Source of the DNA: an uncultured Trueperaceae bacterium
Lineage (GTDB): Bacteria; Deinococcota; Deinococci; Deinococcales; Trueperaceae
Assembly: GCA_963815215.1 (NCBI GenBank)
Contig: CAWFFU010000011.1
Span: 288,001 to 352,000, forward strand
Reading direction: 5' to 3'
Length of the DNA: 64,000 nucleotides
The notes below the pieces were generated by a model. The model did not search any database. It was given only the letters and a program-made list of their open reading frames with translations, and was not told where the DNA came from. The position numbers and the translations under genes are program-made. Shown here piece by piece: positions 1-8,134 of this stretch (position 1 is its first letter; the number at the start of each line of letters is the position of its first letter).

Positions 1-201
1 GTACAGATGGTAGGTGTTGGCGAACAGCAGCTGCGTTCCCGTGGCGGCCACCGCGTCCGGCGCCACCCCCTTGACCGCTGCCTGGGTGCCCACCACGACG
101 AACGCTGGCGTGCGCACCGTGCCGTGCGGTGTCTCGAGCGTACCCAGCCGCGCCGCGCCGCGGCGCTGCTGGAGGGTGAAGGTCAGGGCATGCGTATCCA
201 T
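1..201 (-). CDS. tgt: tRNA-guanine transglycosylase, N-terminal part (runs off window start)
   Basis: Minus-strand translation (absent from the ORF track): MDTHALTFTLQQRRGAARLGTLETPHGTVRTPAFVVVGTQAAVKGVAPDAVAATGTQLLFANTYHLY, carrying the Tgt ARLG..TPHG..TP.F..VGT and NTYHL motifs. Confidence 0.9.
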   Translation of the reverse strand, partial: MDTHALTFTLQQRRGAARLGTLETPHGTVRTPAFVVVGTQAAVKGVAPDAVAATGTQLLFANTYHLY

Positions 202-383
202 GGTGGCGGCCCGCCATCTTACCCGCTTCCCGCCGGCGGCAGCGTTCCGTCAGCCCCACGGCCGAGACGGGACAACGATCCCTCCCGGCACACCGTGACG
301 CCGATGTTAAGCTCCTGTTTGGCGGATTTCACGTGTTCTCACCGACGAGCAGCGTAGTATGCACGTGTCGGGCAGGTCCCGAC

Positions 384-456
384 CTTGGAAGCGATGAAGC
401 CTGTCTCACCACGTGGGCGCTTGAGACGGGTGGAGCGAGTAGCGCAACCGGCCAAG
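384..456 (+). ncRNA. c-di-GMP-II riboswitch aptamer 1
   Basis: P1 CTTGG/CCAAG; GGAAGCGATGAA...GGAGCGAGT kink-turn strands; stem CCTGTCTCA/TGAGACGGG; loop TGGGCGCT pseudoknot with AGCGC; 3' AGTAGCGCAACCGGCC matches the class II consensus AGUAGUGCAACCGAC; candidate -10 TAGTAT at 355-360. Confidence 0.9.
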
Positions 457-573
457 ATGAGTCACCCCTCATCGACAGCCTGACAGTGCCCACGAACGAC
501 CCCTTCCGGGGTCGACCAGGGCGACCACGGTATCCGAGCCCGGTGCATCCGCGCCGCACGCAACGGTCCCGAG

Positions 574-648
574 GCCTTGGACGCGATGAAACCTGTCCTG
601 CACTTGGGCGCTTGGGACAGGTGGAGCGAGTAGCGCAACCGGCCAGGC
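574..648 (+). ncRNA. c-di-GMP-II riboswitch aptamer 2 (tandem copy)
   Basis: P1 (GC)CTTGG/CCAGG(C); GGACGCGATGAA; stem ACCTGTCC/GGACAGGT; loop TTGGGCGCT; identical GGTGGAGCGAGTAGCGCAACCGGCCA 3' half; compensatory stem changes relative to copy 1. Confidence 0.88.
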
Positions 649-712
649 AGGTCCGCAGGTTTGCAGGCTTCCCATCGTCGGTCAGGCGCCCCGATCTCTT
701 CGCGATGCGAGG

Positions 713-1720
713 ATGGCGATGGCGCAGATGAGCAACCAGCCGAGCCAGACACCTACACGGCGCACCCGCCGCCCCGGTCGGCATGCCATGATCGGTTTCT
801 CCGCCATGCTGGCCGCGCTGCTGCTGGCCACCGGCTGTTCGGGCGTGGCCACCGAGCCGCCCCAGGCGGTCACGAACGCCACGGATGTCAGACCGATGTT
901 CGGCGCCTTCACTTACGGCGGCGTCTGGCAGGGCATGCAACCCGTCCACCAGCTCGAGGACCTGCTCGGCCGAAAGCTCGACGTGGTGCACTGGTTCATG
1001 AGCTGGGACACGCCCTATGACGTTGCGCTGGTCGAGTCCGCCATGGCCGGCGGACGCCTGCCGATGATCACCTGGCAGCCCTACCACCAGTCCGTCAGCG
1101 ATATCGCCGCCGGCACCTACGACGACCTCATGCGGAGCTTCGCTCGCGGTGTACGCGCGACGCCCGGCCTCGTCTACGTGCGGCCCTTCCCCGAGATGAA
1201 CGGCGACTGGGAGCCGTGGAACGGGCAGCCCGCCGAGTTCGTGAAGGCGTGGCGTCGCATGGTCGACATCTTCCGCGCAGAAGGCGCCGACAACGTGCGC
1301 TGGGTGTGGTCGCCGAACATCACCGACCAGCCCCGCACGACCGCCAACGCCATGGAGAAGTACTACCCGGGCAGCGCCTACGTCGACGTCCTCGCCCTGG
1401 ACGGCTACAACTGGGGCACGTCGCAGGGCTGGAGCCAGTGGCGTAGCTTCGACCAGATCTTCGCCGAACCCTATGCCCGCATCACCGCTCTGGGCCCCCA
1501 GCCGGTGTGGGTCGCCGAGGTCGCCTCGACCAACAAGGGCGGCGACAAAGCGGCCTGGGTCGCGAACATGCTCAGCAGCACCAAGTTCCCTCGCATCCGC
1601 GCGCTGATCTGGTTCAACGAGAACAGCGACCTGGATTGGCGCCTGGACAATTCGCTGGCCGTCATCCAGGCCGCTCGCGCGAGCCTCACCCCGAGTCTGC
1701 AGACGACCGCCAGCCGCTGA
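713..1720 (+). CDS. Glycoside hydrolase family 26 (beta-mannanase/glucanase-like), probable lipoprotein; start may be 719 or 728
   Basis: RPFPEMNGDW acid/base motif, WVWSPN, YYPG..YVDVLALDGYN, VWVAEVAS nucleophile; Arg-rich N-terminus, hydrophobic stretch and lipobox LLATGC. Confidence 0.88.
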   Translation: MAMAQMSNQPSQTPTRRTRRPGRHAMIGFSAMLAALLLATGCSGVATEPPQAVTNATDVRPMFGAFTYGGVWQGMQPVHQLEDLLGRKLDVVHWFMSWDTPYDVALVESAMAGGRLPMITWQPYHQSVSDIAAGTYDDLMRSFARGVRATPGLVYVRPFPEMNGDWEPWNGQPAEFVKAWRRMVDIFRAEGADNVRWVWSPNITDQPRTTANAMEKYYPGSAYVDVLALDGYNWGTSQGWSQWRSFDQIFAEPYARITALGPQPVWVAEVASTNKGGDKAAWVANMLSSTKFPRIRALIWFNENSDLDWRLDNSLAVIQAARASLTPSLQTTASR

Positions 1721-1787
1721 GGCTAGCCGGCCGAGCCCTTCGCGTCTCTGTCTCTGAACACGACCGCGCGCGCCACGCCACTTCGCG

Positions 1788-4595
1788 TCAGCGCGCGCTG
1801 GCCGTGTCCGTCGGCGCCACGACGGCGCGCGAGCCCCCCGAGAACAACCGCTGCTGGACCGCGCTGTACACCGCCCCGTCCTCGACCCCGTTCGCCGCCA
1901 CGATGGCGCTGCTGCGCCGGTACGCGGCGGCGAGGTCGAGCTTGCCGGAGGCGACCTCGCCGCTCAACGCCACCAGCTGCCGTTCGGGTGCGGCGAGCGA
2001 CGAAGGATCGACCCGGTAGGCGGCGTAGGCGCTGCCGAGTGCGTCGGCCAACGGGCCGAGGTGCACCATGGCCTCCACCGGCCCGCGCAGTTTCGGCGCG
2101 ACCCGGCCGCTGCGCGTTACGCCGTGCAGCGGATTGATGTACAGAGCGTAGGCGACGGCGTCGTCGGTGACGACCGGGCGCGCCAGCGACCACGCCAGTT
2201 TCGCCGCGCCGGCACAGACCGAGAAGTCGGGATCGAAGACGTTGAACGAGCCGCTCAGCAGGTGGGGATTGTACAGCGCGGAGTTCGGATCCTCCGAGAC
2301 CGCCCGCAGCAGCGTCAGCGCGTCGGACGTCATCTGCGACAGTCCCTTGTCGCCGGTCTCCCCTACCGCCAGGGGGTCGAGGTAGGACTCGTTGATCAGG
2401 ACCTGCAGCATGAGGCGCACCGGAACGTCGTAGGTCGAAGCCGCCTGCTCGATGTAGGGCTCGATCGGGGCGAGCCGGCCCAGCATGAGCAGCTCGAACG
2501 GGTCCAGTGGCTGGTAGGCGCCGGCCGAGCCCGGGAGCGGCTGCGGGGCGGCGCTGGGATGCCGTAGGAAGACCGGCCGGCAGTACGCGGACAGCGTGGA
2601 GATCGGCTCGAGCACGGACCCGGTGCCGGAGCCGGCCCTGGAGCCGGCCGCGGAGCCAGTCGCGGACGGCGCGAGAGCGGTCCGTGTCGCGGCACTGTCG
2701 GTCCGGGAGATCACGGCGAAGGCCCCGGGGGCCGCCAGCGCGACCGGCCCTGCCAGCGTGACGCGGACCTGTGGCGCCGTCAGCGACAGCGCAGGGAGCG
2801 GCGAAGAGCGGAGCGGCAGGGCGATCGAAGCCTGGAGCAGCGGGATGGTGGCGCTTTGGGAGCCCGGGCTCAGCAACGCGGGAGCCACCTGCGCGACCGG
2901 CAGCGGCAGGTCGTCGTGTTGCGCCATGTCGAGCGGGGTCGTGCGAGCCAGCAGCCGCTCGATCGCGAGCTGGTCGGCACCCGATGCGGGCGCCAGCGCC
3001 AGGATGGCCACGAACACCACCGACAGGGCGGCGACGATGGAGGCCGCCGTTCCAACGGTGCGGCCGTCGACACCCCGCGTGGTGGGCCGCTCCCACGCCA
3101 CGCCCTGCGTGCGCGTGACCACGCTGCGGCTCGCCGCGCGGCGTTCGGCCAGGAACGCCGGGATCACGCTGGTGGCCGCCGCCACGAAGCTGACGGGGTT
3201 GGCCACCTTGAGAACCATATAGGGCAACCACGTGCTGACCAGCCGTCGACCCGCGAAGCGCGCCGCGGAGCCGCGCCGCCGGCGACCGTCACGCGCCTGC
3301 ACGTAGAAGCCCGAGAAGGTCATGAGGCCGGTCGCTGCCAGGTCCAGCCCGAACCAGGTGGCCAGGATGCGCACCAGGTCGGTCGTTCCGATCGTTCCCG
3401 CCGCGGTGAGGGCCAGCATCACCGGCAGCAGCAGTAGCAACAGCAACCCCAACAGGTTCTCGACTTGCGCAGCCCACAGCGTGAAGCGCACGTTGGAGCT
3501 CATCACCCTGTCGCCCGGATCCCCCAGGACCCGTTTCAGGGCGTTCTGGATGCCGCCGCCGTTCCAGCGTTCGATCTGCCGCAGGTAGCCGCCGACGTGC
3601 GCGGGATCCTCGGTGTACATCAGCGCGTCGCCCACGAAGCGGGCGTTCCCGCCGTGACGAAGCTCGATCACGTCGTGGCGGTCGAAGGCCTCCTCGAAGG
3701 GCAGCTCGGCGCCGTCCACGACGATCCGGAAGCCGCGCCGGGTGAGCTCGGCGGGCGTCAGGCGCTCGTCGTGCCGCGGCACTCGCTGCGCCGTGAGCGT
3801 CAGGTCGTGGTCCTCGGTCTGGGTGTCGGGCGGCATGGGCAGGACGTTGCGCCGCACCACGAAGCCGCAGCCGACCACCGTGTACAGGCGGCTGGCCCCC
3901 CACAGGCCGCCGTCACCCAGCATGCCGGCCTGGCCCCGGCGCAGCACGGCGGCGAAGGCGTACTCGGCCGAGCGACCGGCCGCGATGAAGCGCTGGGTCG
4001 GCCCGGCCCCCTCAGGAACGTAGGACATCACGGACCCGGACTGGAGGGCGTAGTCCTCGAGCACGGGCCGGCCGGCGATCCAACGCAGGCGGTAGAAGTT
4101 CCTCTCGAGCGCGGCGACGAACTCCGGATCGAAGACCGTGTCGCCGTCCACCAGAAGCACGCGCTCGGAACTCAGGATGCGGCTCGCCACCAGGTTGTTG
4201 ATCGCCTCGGACTTGGCCGTCCGCTGCGCGTACACCACCACCGCCACGCCCATGGCGTGATCGTGGTGGCTCCAGCGTTCGAGCGTGGCGCTCAGCCCCG
4301 GGGCACGGCCGGCCGAGTCCAGCTCGAACCCGTGCCCGACCAGGGTCGCGCCGACGACCTCGTGGGTGCGGTCGGTCCCGCCGTTGATGCTGACGATGAG
4401 TTCGTCGGGCAGGCGGCGCTGCGACAGCAGCGACGTCAGCGCCCGCCTCGCTCCGACCTCTTCGTTGTACATCGGCGAGACGACCGCCAGCCTGTCGGGT
4501 CCGCGGACGGGCAGACTACGGTCAGGGACCGTACTGAGCGCTGCGTTGAGAAGGGTTGTGGGCATCCCGGACAGGCCGAAGAAGTTGGGCATCAC
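1788..4595 (-). CDS. Processive glycosyltransferase family 2 fused to a C-terminal SLT/lysozyme-like transglycosylase domain
   Basis: PMYNEE, INGGTD, K..A.N, VDGDT (DxD), TED and RQIERW (QxxRW) motifs, several TM helices, Ala/Pro/Ser linker, then IEQAASTYDVPVRLMLQVLINESYLDPLAVGETGDKGLSQM...FDPDFSVCAGAAKL (SLT ES..GL.Q signature). Confidence 0.85.
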   Translation of the reverse strand: MMPNFFGLSGMPTTLLNAALSTVPDRSLPVRGPDRLAVVSPMYNEEVGARRALTSLLSQRRLPDELIVSINGGTDRTHEVVGATLVGHGFELDSAGRAPGLSATLERWSHHDHAMGVAVVVYAQRTAKSEAINNLVASRILSSERVLLVDGDTVFDPEFVAALERNFYRLRWIAGRPVLEDYALQSGSVMSYVPEGAGPTQRFIAAGRSAEYAFAAVLRRGQAGMLGDGGLWGASRLYTVVGCGFVVRRNVLPMPPDTQTEDHDLTLTAQRVPRHDERLTPAELTRRGFRIVVDGAELPFEEAFDRHDVIELRHGGNARFVGDALMYTEDPAHVGGYLRQIERWNGGGIQNALKRVLGDPGDRVMSSNVRFTLWAAQVENLLGLLLLLLLPVMLALTAAGTIGTTDLVRILATWFGLDLAATGLMTFSGFYVQARDGRRRRGSAARFAGRRLVSTWLPYMVLKVANPVSFVAAATSVIPAFLAERRAASRSVVTRTQGVAWERPTTRGVDGRTVGTAASIVAALSVVFVAILALAPASGADQLAIERLLARTTPLDMAQHDDLPLPVAQVAPALLSPGSQSATIPLLQASIALPLRSSPLPALSLTAPQVRVTLAGPVALAAPGAFAVISRTDSAATRTALAPSATGSAAGSRAGSGTGSVLEPISTLSAYCRPVFLRHPSAAPQPLPGSAGAYQPLDPFELLMLGRLAPIEPYIEQAASTYDVPVRLMLQVLINESYLDPLAVGETGDKGLSQMTSDALTLLRAVSEDPNSALYNPHLLSGSFNVFDPDFSVCAGAAKLAWSLARPVVTDDAVAYALYINPLHGVTRSGRVAPKLRGPVEAMVHLGPLADALGSAYAAYRVDPSSLAAPERQLVALSGEVASGKLDLAAAYRRSSAIVAANGVEDGAVYSAVQQRLFSGGSRAVVAPTDTASAR

Positions 4596-4796
4596 GAAGT
4601 CCTATCCGTTGGAGCTCTTCCACTCGAGGGCGGCGGCGGGGGCGGGGCGCCGCACTTTCGTCGCGCCTGTCGGGCCGCGACGACCCGCTGTGAAACCTCT
4701 CGCTCTCTATGTAACACTGCTCTCCCCGCCCTGTTGTCCAGCCGTCACAGCCCTGTGCGCTGGGTGGTTTACGATCGTGTGATTTGGGAGGTGCGC

Positions 4797-5420
4797 ATGG
4801 CACTTCACATCAGCGGTAAGCTCGTGGCCGTAGGCCTCGTCCTGGCCGCACTGATCACCGCATTCAGCGCCCCCCGCAGCGTACAGAACGCGGGTGTCGC
4901 CTTGACCCTCACCCCAACCGCCACGGTCCTCACCACGCCTGCCTCGCCGGCGCCGCTGCGGGCCGGGTCGGTCGGGCCCGAGGCCAATCCTGTGTTCACG
5001 CTGCGGGCCACGGGTTACAACTCGATGGTCGACCAGACCGACGCCACCCCGTTCATCACCTCGACTGGACAGCGTACCCGTTTCGGGATCATCGCGGTGA
5101 GCCCTGACCTACTGGCCCACGCCCTGCCGTACGGCAGCCTGGTGCGCATCCGGGACCTCGGCAACTACTACACCGGCCGCGGCTACGGGCACTACCAGAG
5201 CCTGCTGGACGGCCAGGGACTGTTCATCGTCGAGGACACCATGCACTACCGCAAGCGCGATCAGATCGACATCTGGTTCAGCGACTACGCCAGCGCGGTG
5301 AACTGGGGCATGCGCAAGGTGAGCGTCGAGGTCATCCGTTATGGGCGCAACGGCCCCAAACTCGAACCCTCGCGTGCCAACGACTTCAGCGGGACACCGC
5401 AACTGTTCGCCTCGCGCTGA
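4797..5420 (+). CDS. Secreted 3D-domain (MltA/Sps-like) cell-wall protein
   Basis: SD GGGAGG before ATG 4797; signal peptide; ATGYNS..QTD.TPFITSTG, IIAVSPDLL, LPYGS, IVEDT, IDIW (three-Asp 3D motif). Confidence 0.85.
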   Translation: MALHISGKLVAVGLVLAALITAFSAPRSVQNAGVALTLTPTATVLTTPASPAPLRAGSVGPEANPVFTLRATGYNSMVDQTDATPFITSTGQRTRFGIIAVSPDLLAHALPYGSLVRIRDLGNYYTGRGYGHYQSLLDGQGLFIVEDTMHYRKRDQIDIWFSDYASAVNWGMRKVSVEVIRYGRNGPKLEPSRANDFSGTPQLFASR

Positions 5421-5561
5421 CGGCGCCGACCGGCCGCACTCGCAGCGATCGGTCCTCAACCCGCGGCCCCGGACCGCAGTGACGTCCGCGGATGTGGCGC
5501 GCGCGGCCGGCACGGGCCGGGGGCGTCTCCGGCAGCCTCAGGCCGCACGGTAGACTGGCCC

Positions 5562-6743
5562 GTGCGGAGCCTCGTACCGTACCTGGCGTGGCGGCACGTC
5601 CGCCGACGCGGCCTGCAATCCGGCCTCACCGTGGTCGGCGTGGCGGTCGGCGTCATGGTCCTGATCGTCGCGCTGTCGCTGACCAACGGCTTCGTGGACG
5701 AGCTGATCCGCAGCACCCTGAAGGCCACCCCCATGCTCACGCTCGAGAGCTACATCTCCGGGCAGACGGTGCCGAACGACCCCGCGGTCGGCCGGGCCCT
5801 GGCGGGTCGCCCGTCGGTCACTGCGGTCGCCCCCTTCCTCAGCACCCAGGCGCTCATCGCGCGGCGCGCCAGCGCCAGCCTCGGGATCACCGCCCGGCAG
5901 GGCTACACCCAGATCGTGGGCATCGACCCGGCGCAGGAGACGCAAGTCCTCGACCTGCCGATCCTCCAGAAGCAGGCGACGGCCCTGGCCCGGCGGGACG
6001 GCATCGTGCTGGGCGCCTCGCTGGCGCAGCAGCTCGGCGTGATCGCAGGGGACAAGGTGGTGCTGCGCGACATCACGGGCCACACCGCCGAGCTCACCGT
6101 GGCAGGCACCTTCCGCGTCGGCAACGAGCTCATCGACGGGATCGCGTCGTACATGTCGCTGGCCAACCTGCAGCAGTACATGCACGTGGGGGACCGGATC
6201 AGCGGCTACCACTTGCGACTGGCCGACCCGCAGCGCGCTTCGGCGCTCGGTGTGACGCTCGGCGACGCCTTCGGCCTGCGCCCGGTCTCCTGGGACAGCC
6301 TGTTCGCCAACCTCATCAGCCAGCTCCGCCTGCAGAAGGCGGTCATCGCGGTGGTGGTGTTCCTCATCGTCCTTGTCGCCGCCATGGGGATCGCCAATAT
6401 CCTGGTGTTGACGGTATCGGAGAAGACCGAAGAGATCGCCATCCTGCGGGCGCTGGGCGCTACCGAGCGGCAGGTGCTGGCCGTCTTCACGCTGGAGGGG
6501 CTGCTGCTCGGCGCCACCGGCACGCTCCTGGGAGCCCTCCTCGGGCTGGGCGTGAGCACCTACTTCCGTCTGCAGCCCTACCCCCTGCCGGGCAACCTCT
6601 ACTTCATCACCCAGCTCCCCGTGCAGCTCCAGCCGACCGACGTGCTGTGGGTATGCGCGCTGTCGATCGGCACCAGCGTGCTCGCCGGGCTCTTCCCCGC
6701 GCGGCGCGCGGCCAACCTCGACCCCGTCGACGTCCTGCGCTGA
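5562..6743 (+). CDS. Lipoprotein-releasing ABC transporter permease (LolC/E, FtsX family)
   Basis: GVAVGVMVLIVALSLTNGF, EKTEEIAILRALGA, PARRAANLDPVDVLR motifs. Confidence 0.88.
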   Translation: MRSLVPYLAWRHVRRRGLQSGLTVVGVAVGVMVLIVALSLTNGFVDELIRSTLKATPMLTLESYISGQTVPNDPAVGRALAGRPSVTAVAPFLSTQALIARRASASLGITARQGYTQIVGIDPAQETQVLDLPILQKQATALARRDGIVLGASLAQQLGVIAGDKVVLRDITGHTAELTVAGTFRVGNELIDGIASYMSLANLQQYMHVGDRISGYHLRLADPQRASALGVTLGDAFGLRPVSWDSLFANLISQLRLQKAVIAVVVFLIVLVAAMGIANILVLTVSEKTEEIAILRALGATERQVLAVFTLEGLLLGATGTLLGALLGLGVSTYFRLQPYPLPGNLYFITQLPVQLQPTDVLWVCALSIGTSVLAGLFPARRAANLDPVDVLR

Positions 6744-7375
6744 TGGACCGGAGCGCTCCGCTCGACCGGGACCGGGCCTGGACCTACTTGCTCGATCTGC
6801 TGACGCGGCGCGACTACACCGAGGCCGAGCTGCGGGCCAAGCTACAGCGCAGGAAGGTGGACGCCGACGTCGCCGACACTCTGCTCGCGCGTTTGCGCGA
6901 GCTCGGTCTGGCCGACGACGCACGCTACACCGAACACTACGTGGCCTCGCGCCGGCGCTCCCGCGGCCGCCTGGCGCTGCGAACGGAATTGCGCCGCAAG
7001 GGCGTCGACCCCTCTGTCGTCGAGCGTGAGCTCGAGCCGCTCACGGAAGGGCAGCAGCTCGAGGCGGCGGCGGCGCTGTTGCGCCGCTTCGCCTGGCGCT
7101 ACCAGCCCGGCAGCACGCGCCGGCGGCGCACCGCGACCCACGCCCAGGAACCCGAGAAGGAATCCGCGTCGGCGCCCGGCACGCCGTCGGGCTCGGGTGC
7201 CGACGCGGGCCGGGACGCGAGCCGGGACGGGGGCCGCGACGCGGAGGCGCAGGCGCGACGCGACGCCCTCGCCGAACGCGCCCGCGCCTTCGCCTTCCTG
7301 GCCCGGCGCGGCTTCACCGGCGCGGTGGCCGGCGACGCGATCCGCGTGCTCGGCTGGTGGCAGGACGCGTCCTGA
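6743..7375 (+). CDS. recX: Regulatory protein RecX
   Basis: LLTRRDYTEAELRAKL, LADDARY, GRLALRTELRRKGV, AFLARRGF; TGATG coupling with the upstream gene. Confidence 0.88.
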   Translation: MDRSAPLDRDRAWTYLLDLLTRRDYTEAELRAKLQRRKVDADVADTLLARLRELGLADDARYTEHYVASRRRSRGRLALRTELRRKGVDPSVVERELEPLTEGQQLEAAAALLRRFAWRYQPGSTRRRRTATHAQEPEKESASAPGTPSGSGADAGRDASRDGGRDAEAQARRDALAERARAFAFLARRGFTGAVAGDAIRVLGWWQDAS

Positions 7376-7457
7376 GCGGGCCGCTGCGGGGCGCGTCGAA
7401 GCCGGCGCCGCGCGCCTTGACCCCCCGGCCCGGGGCTAGTAGAGTTGTTAGTTGCGT

Positions 7458-7535
<78 letters not shown>

Positions 7536-7537
7536 AC

Positions 7538-7573
7538 CGCGGGACCTCCACTCGAACGGAGGTCCCGCGTTCT
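7538..7573 (+). terminator. Hairpin terminator after tRNA-Pro
   Basis: CGCGGGACCTCC/GGAGGTCCCGCG 12-bp stem followed by TTTC. Confidence 0.7.
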
Positions 7574-7612
7574 CATCGCGCATTCTCGCGCCCCGTTCGC
7601 GCGCCTCGTTTC

Positions 7613-8044
7613 TCAGGGCTCGCTCCCCGTCGGCGCGTCGAGCAGCGCCAGCGTGCAGCGTGAGACGCACACCAGCCGTCCCGCCTCGTCGCGGATCTCC
7701 ACGCTCCACAGCTGGGTGCTTCGCCCCAGGTGGAGTGGCGTCCCCACCGCCGTCAACGTCCCGTCTCGCACCGACCGCAGGTGGTTGGCGTTGATCTCCA
7801 GGCCCACCGCGCGCCGGCGCGCGGTGTCGATGCTCACCGTGGCGCCGTAACTCGCGACCGTCTCGGCCAGCGCCACGGACGCCCCACCGTGCAGGATGCC
7901 GTACGGCTGGTGGTGCGCCGGGGTCACCGGCATGGTGGCCACGACCCGCTCCGGGGTCGCCTCCGTGATGACGATGCCCAGCGTCTCCATCAGTGTGTCG
8001 GGCTGCGTTCCGAGGATCGGGATGGAGCGGGCGTGCTCGGCCAT
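7613..8044 (-). CDS. PaaI/hotdog thioesterase (MenI/YdiI-like)
   Basis: [35 protein letters not shown]. Confidence 0.88.
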   Translation of the reverse strand: MAEHARSIPILGTQPDTLMETLGIVITEATPERVVATMPVTPAHHQPYGILHGGASVALAETVASYGATVSIDTARRRAVGLEINANHLRSVRDGTLTAVGTPLHLGRSTQLWSVEIRDEAGRLVCVSRCTLALLDAPTGSEP

Positions 8045-8134
8045 GCTGCCAGGCTACACCTTGCTATACTGTCCGCCGTTGACCCGGGCGGGAGGTGACA
8101 TCACCGCCCCGGGCGCTCTCTCGAGGAGGCCCCC

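Noticed and set aside
384..648. CRISPR or simple direct repeat
   Set aside because: Only two copies, with covarying stems and riboswitch consensus; no cas genes
4596..4700. Third c-di-GMP riboswitch upstream of the GT2 gene (minus strand)
   Set aside because: Only a generic hairpin; neither class I nor class II conserved sequences are present
8049..8070. Possible preQ1-I riboswitch (CCAGGCTACACCTTG) before the VUT gene
   Set aside because: No proper stem or A-rich tail; the sequence is explained by back-to-back -10 elements (TAGCCT minus, TATACT plus)
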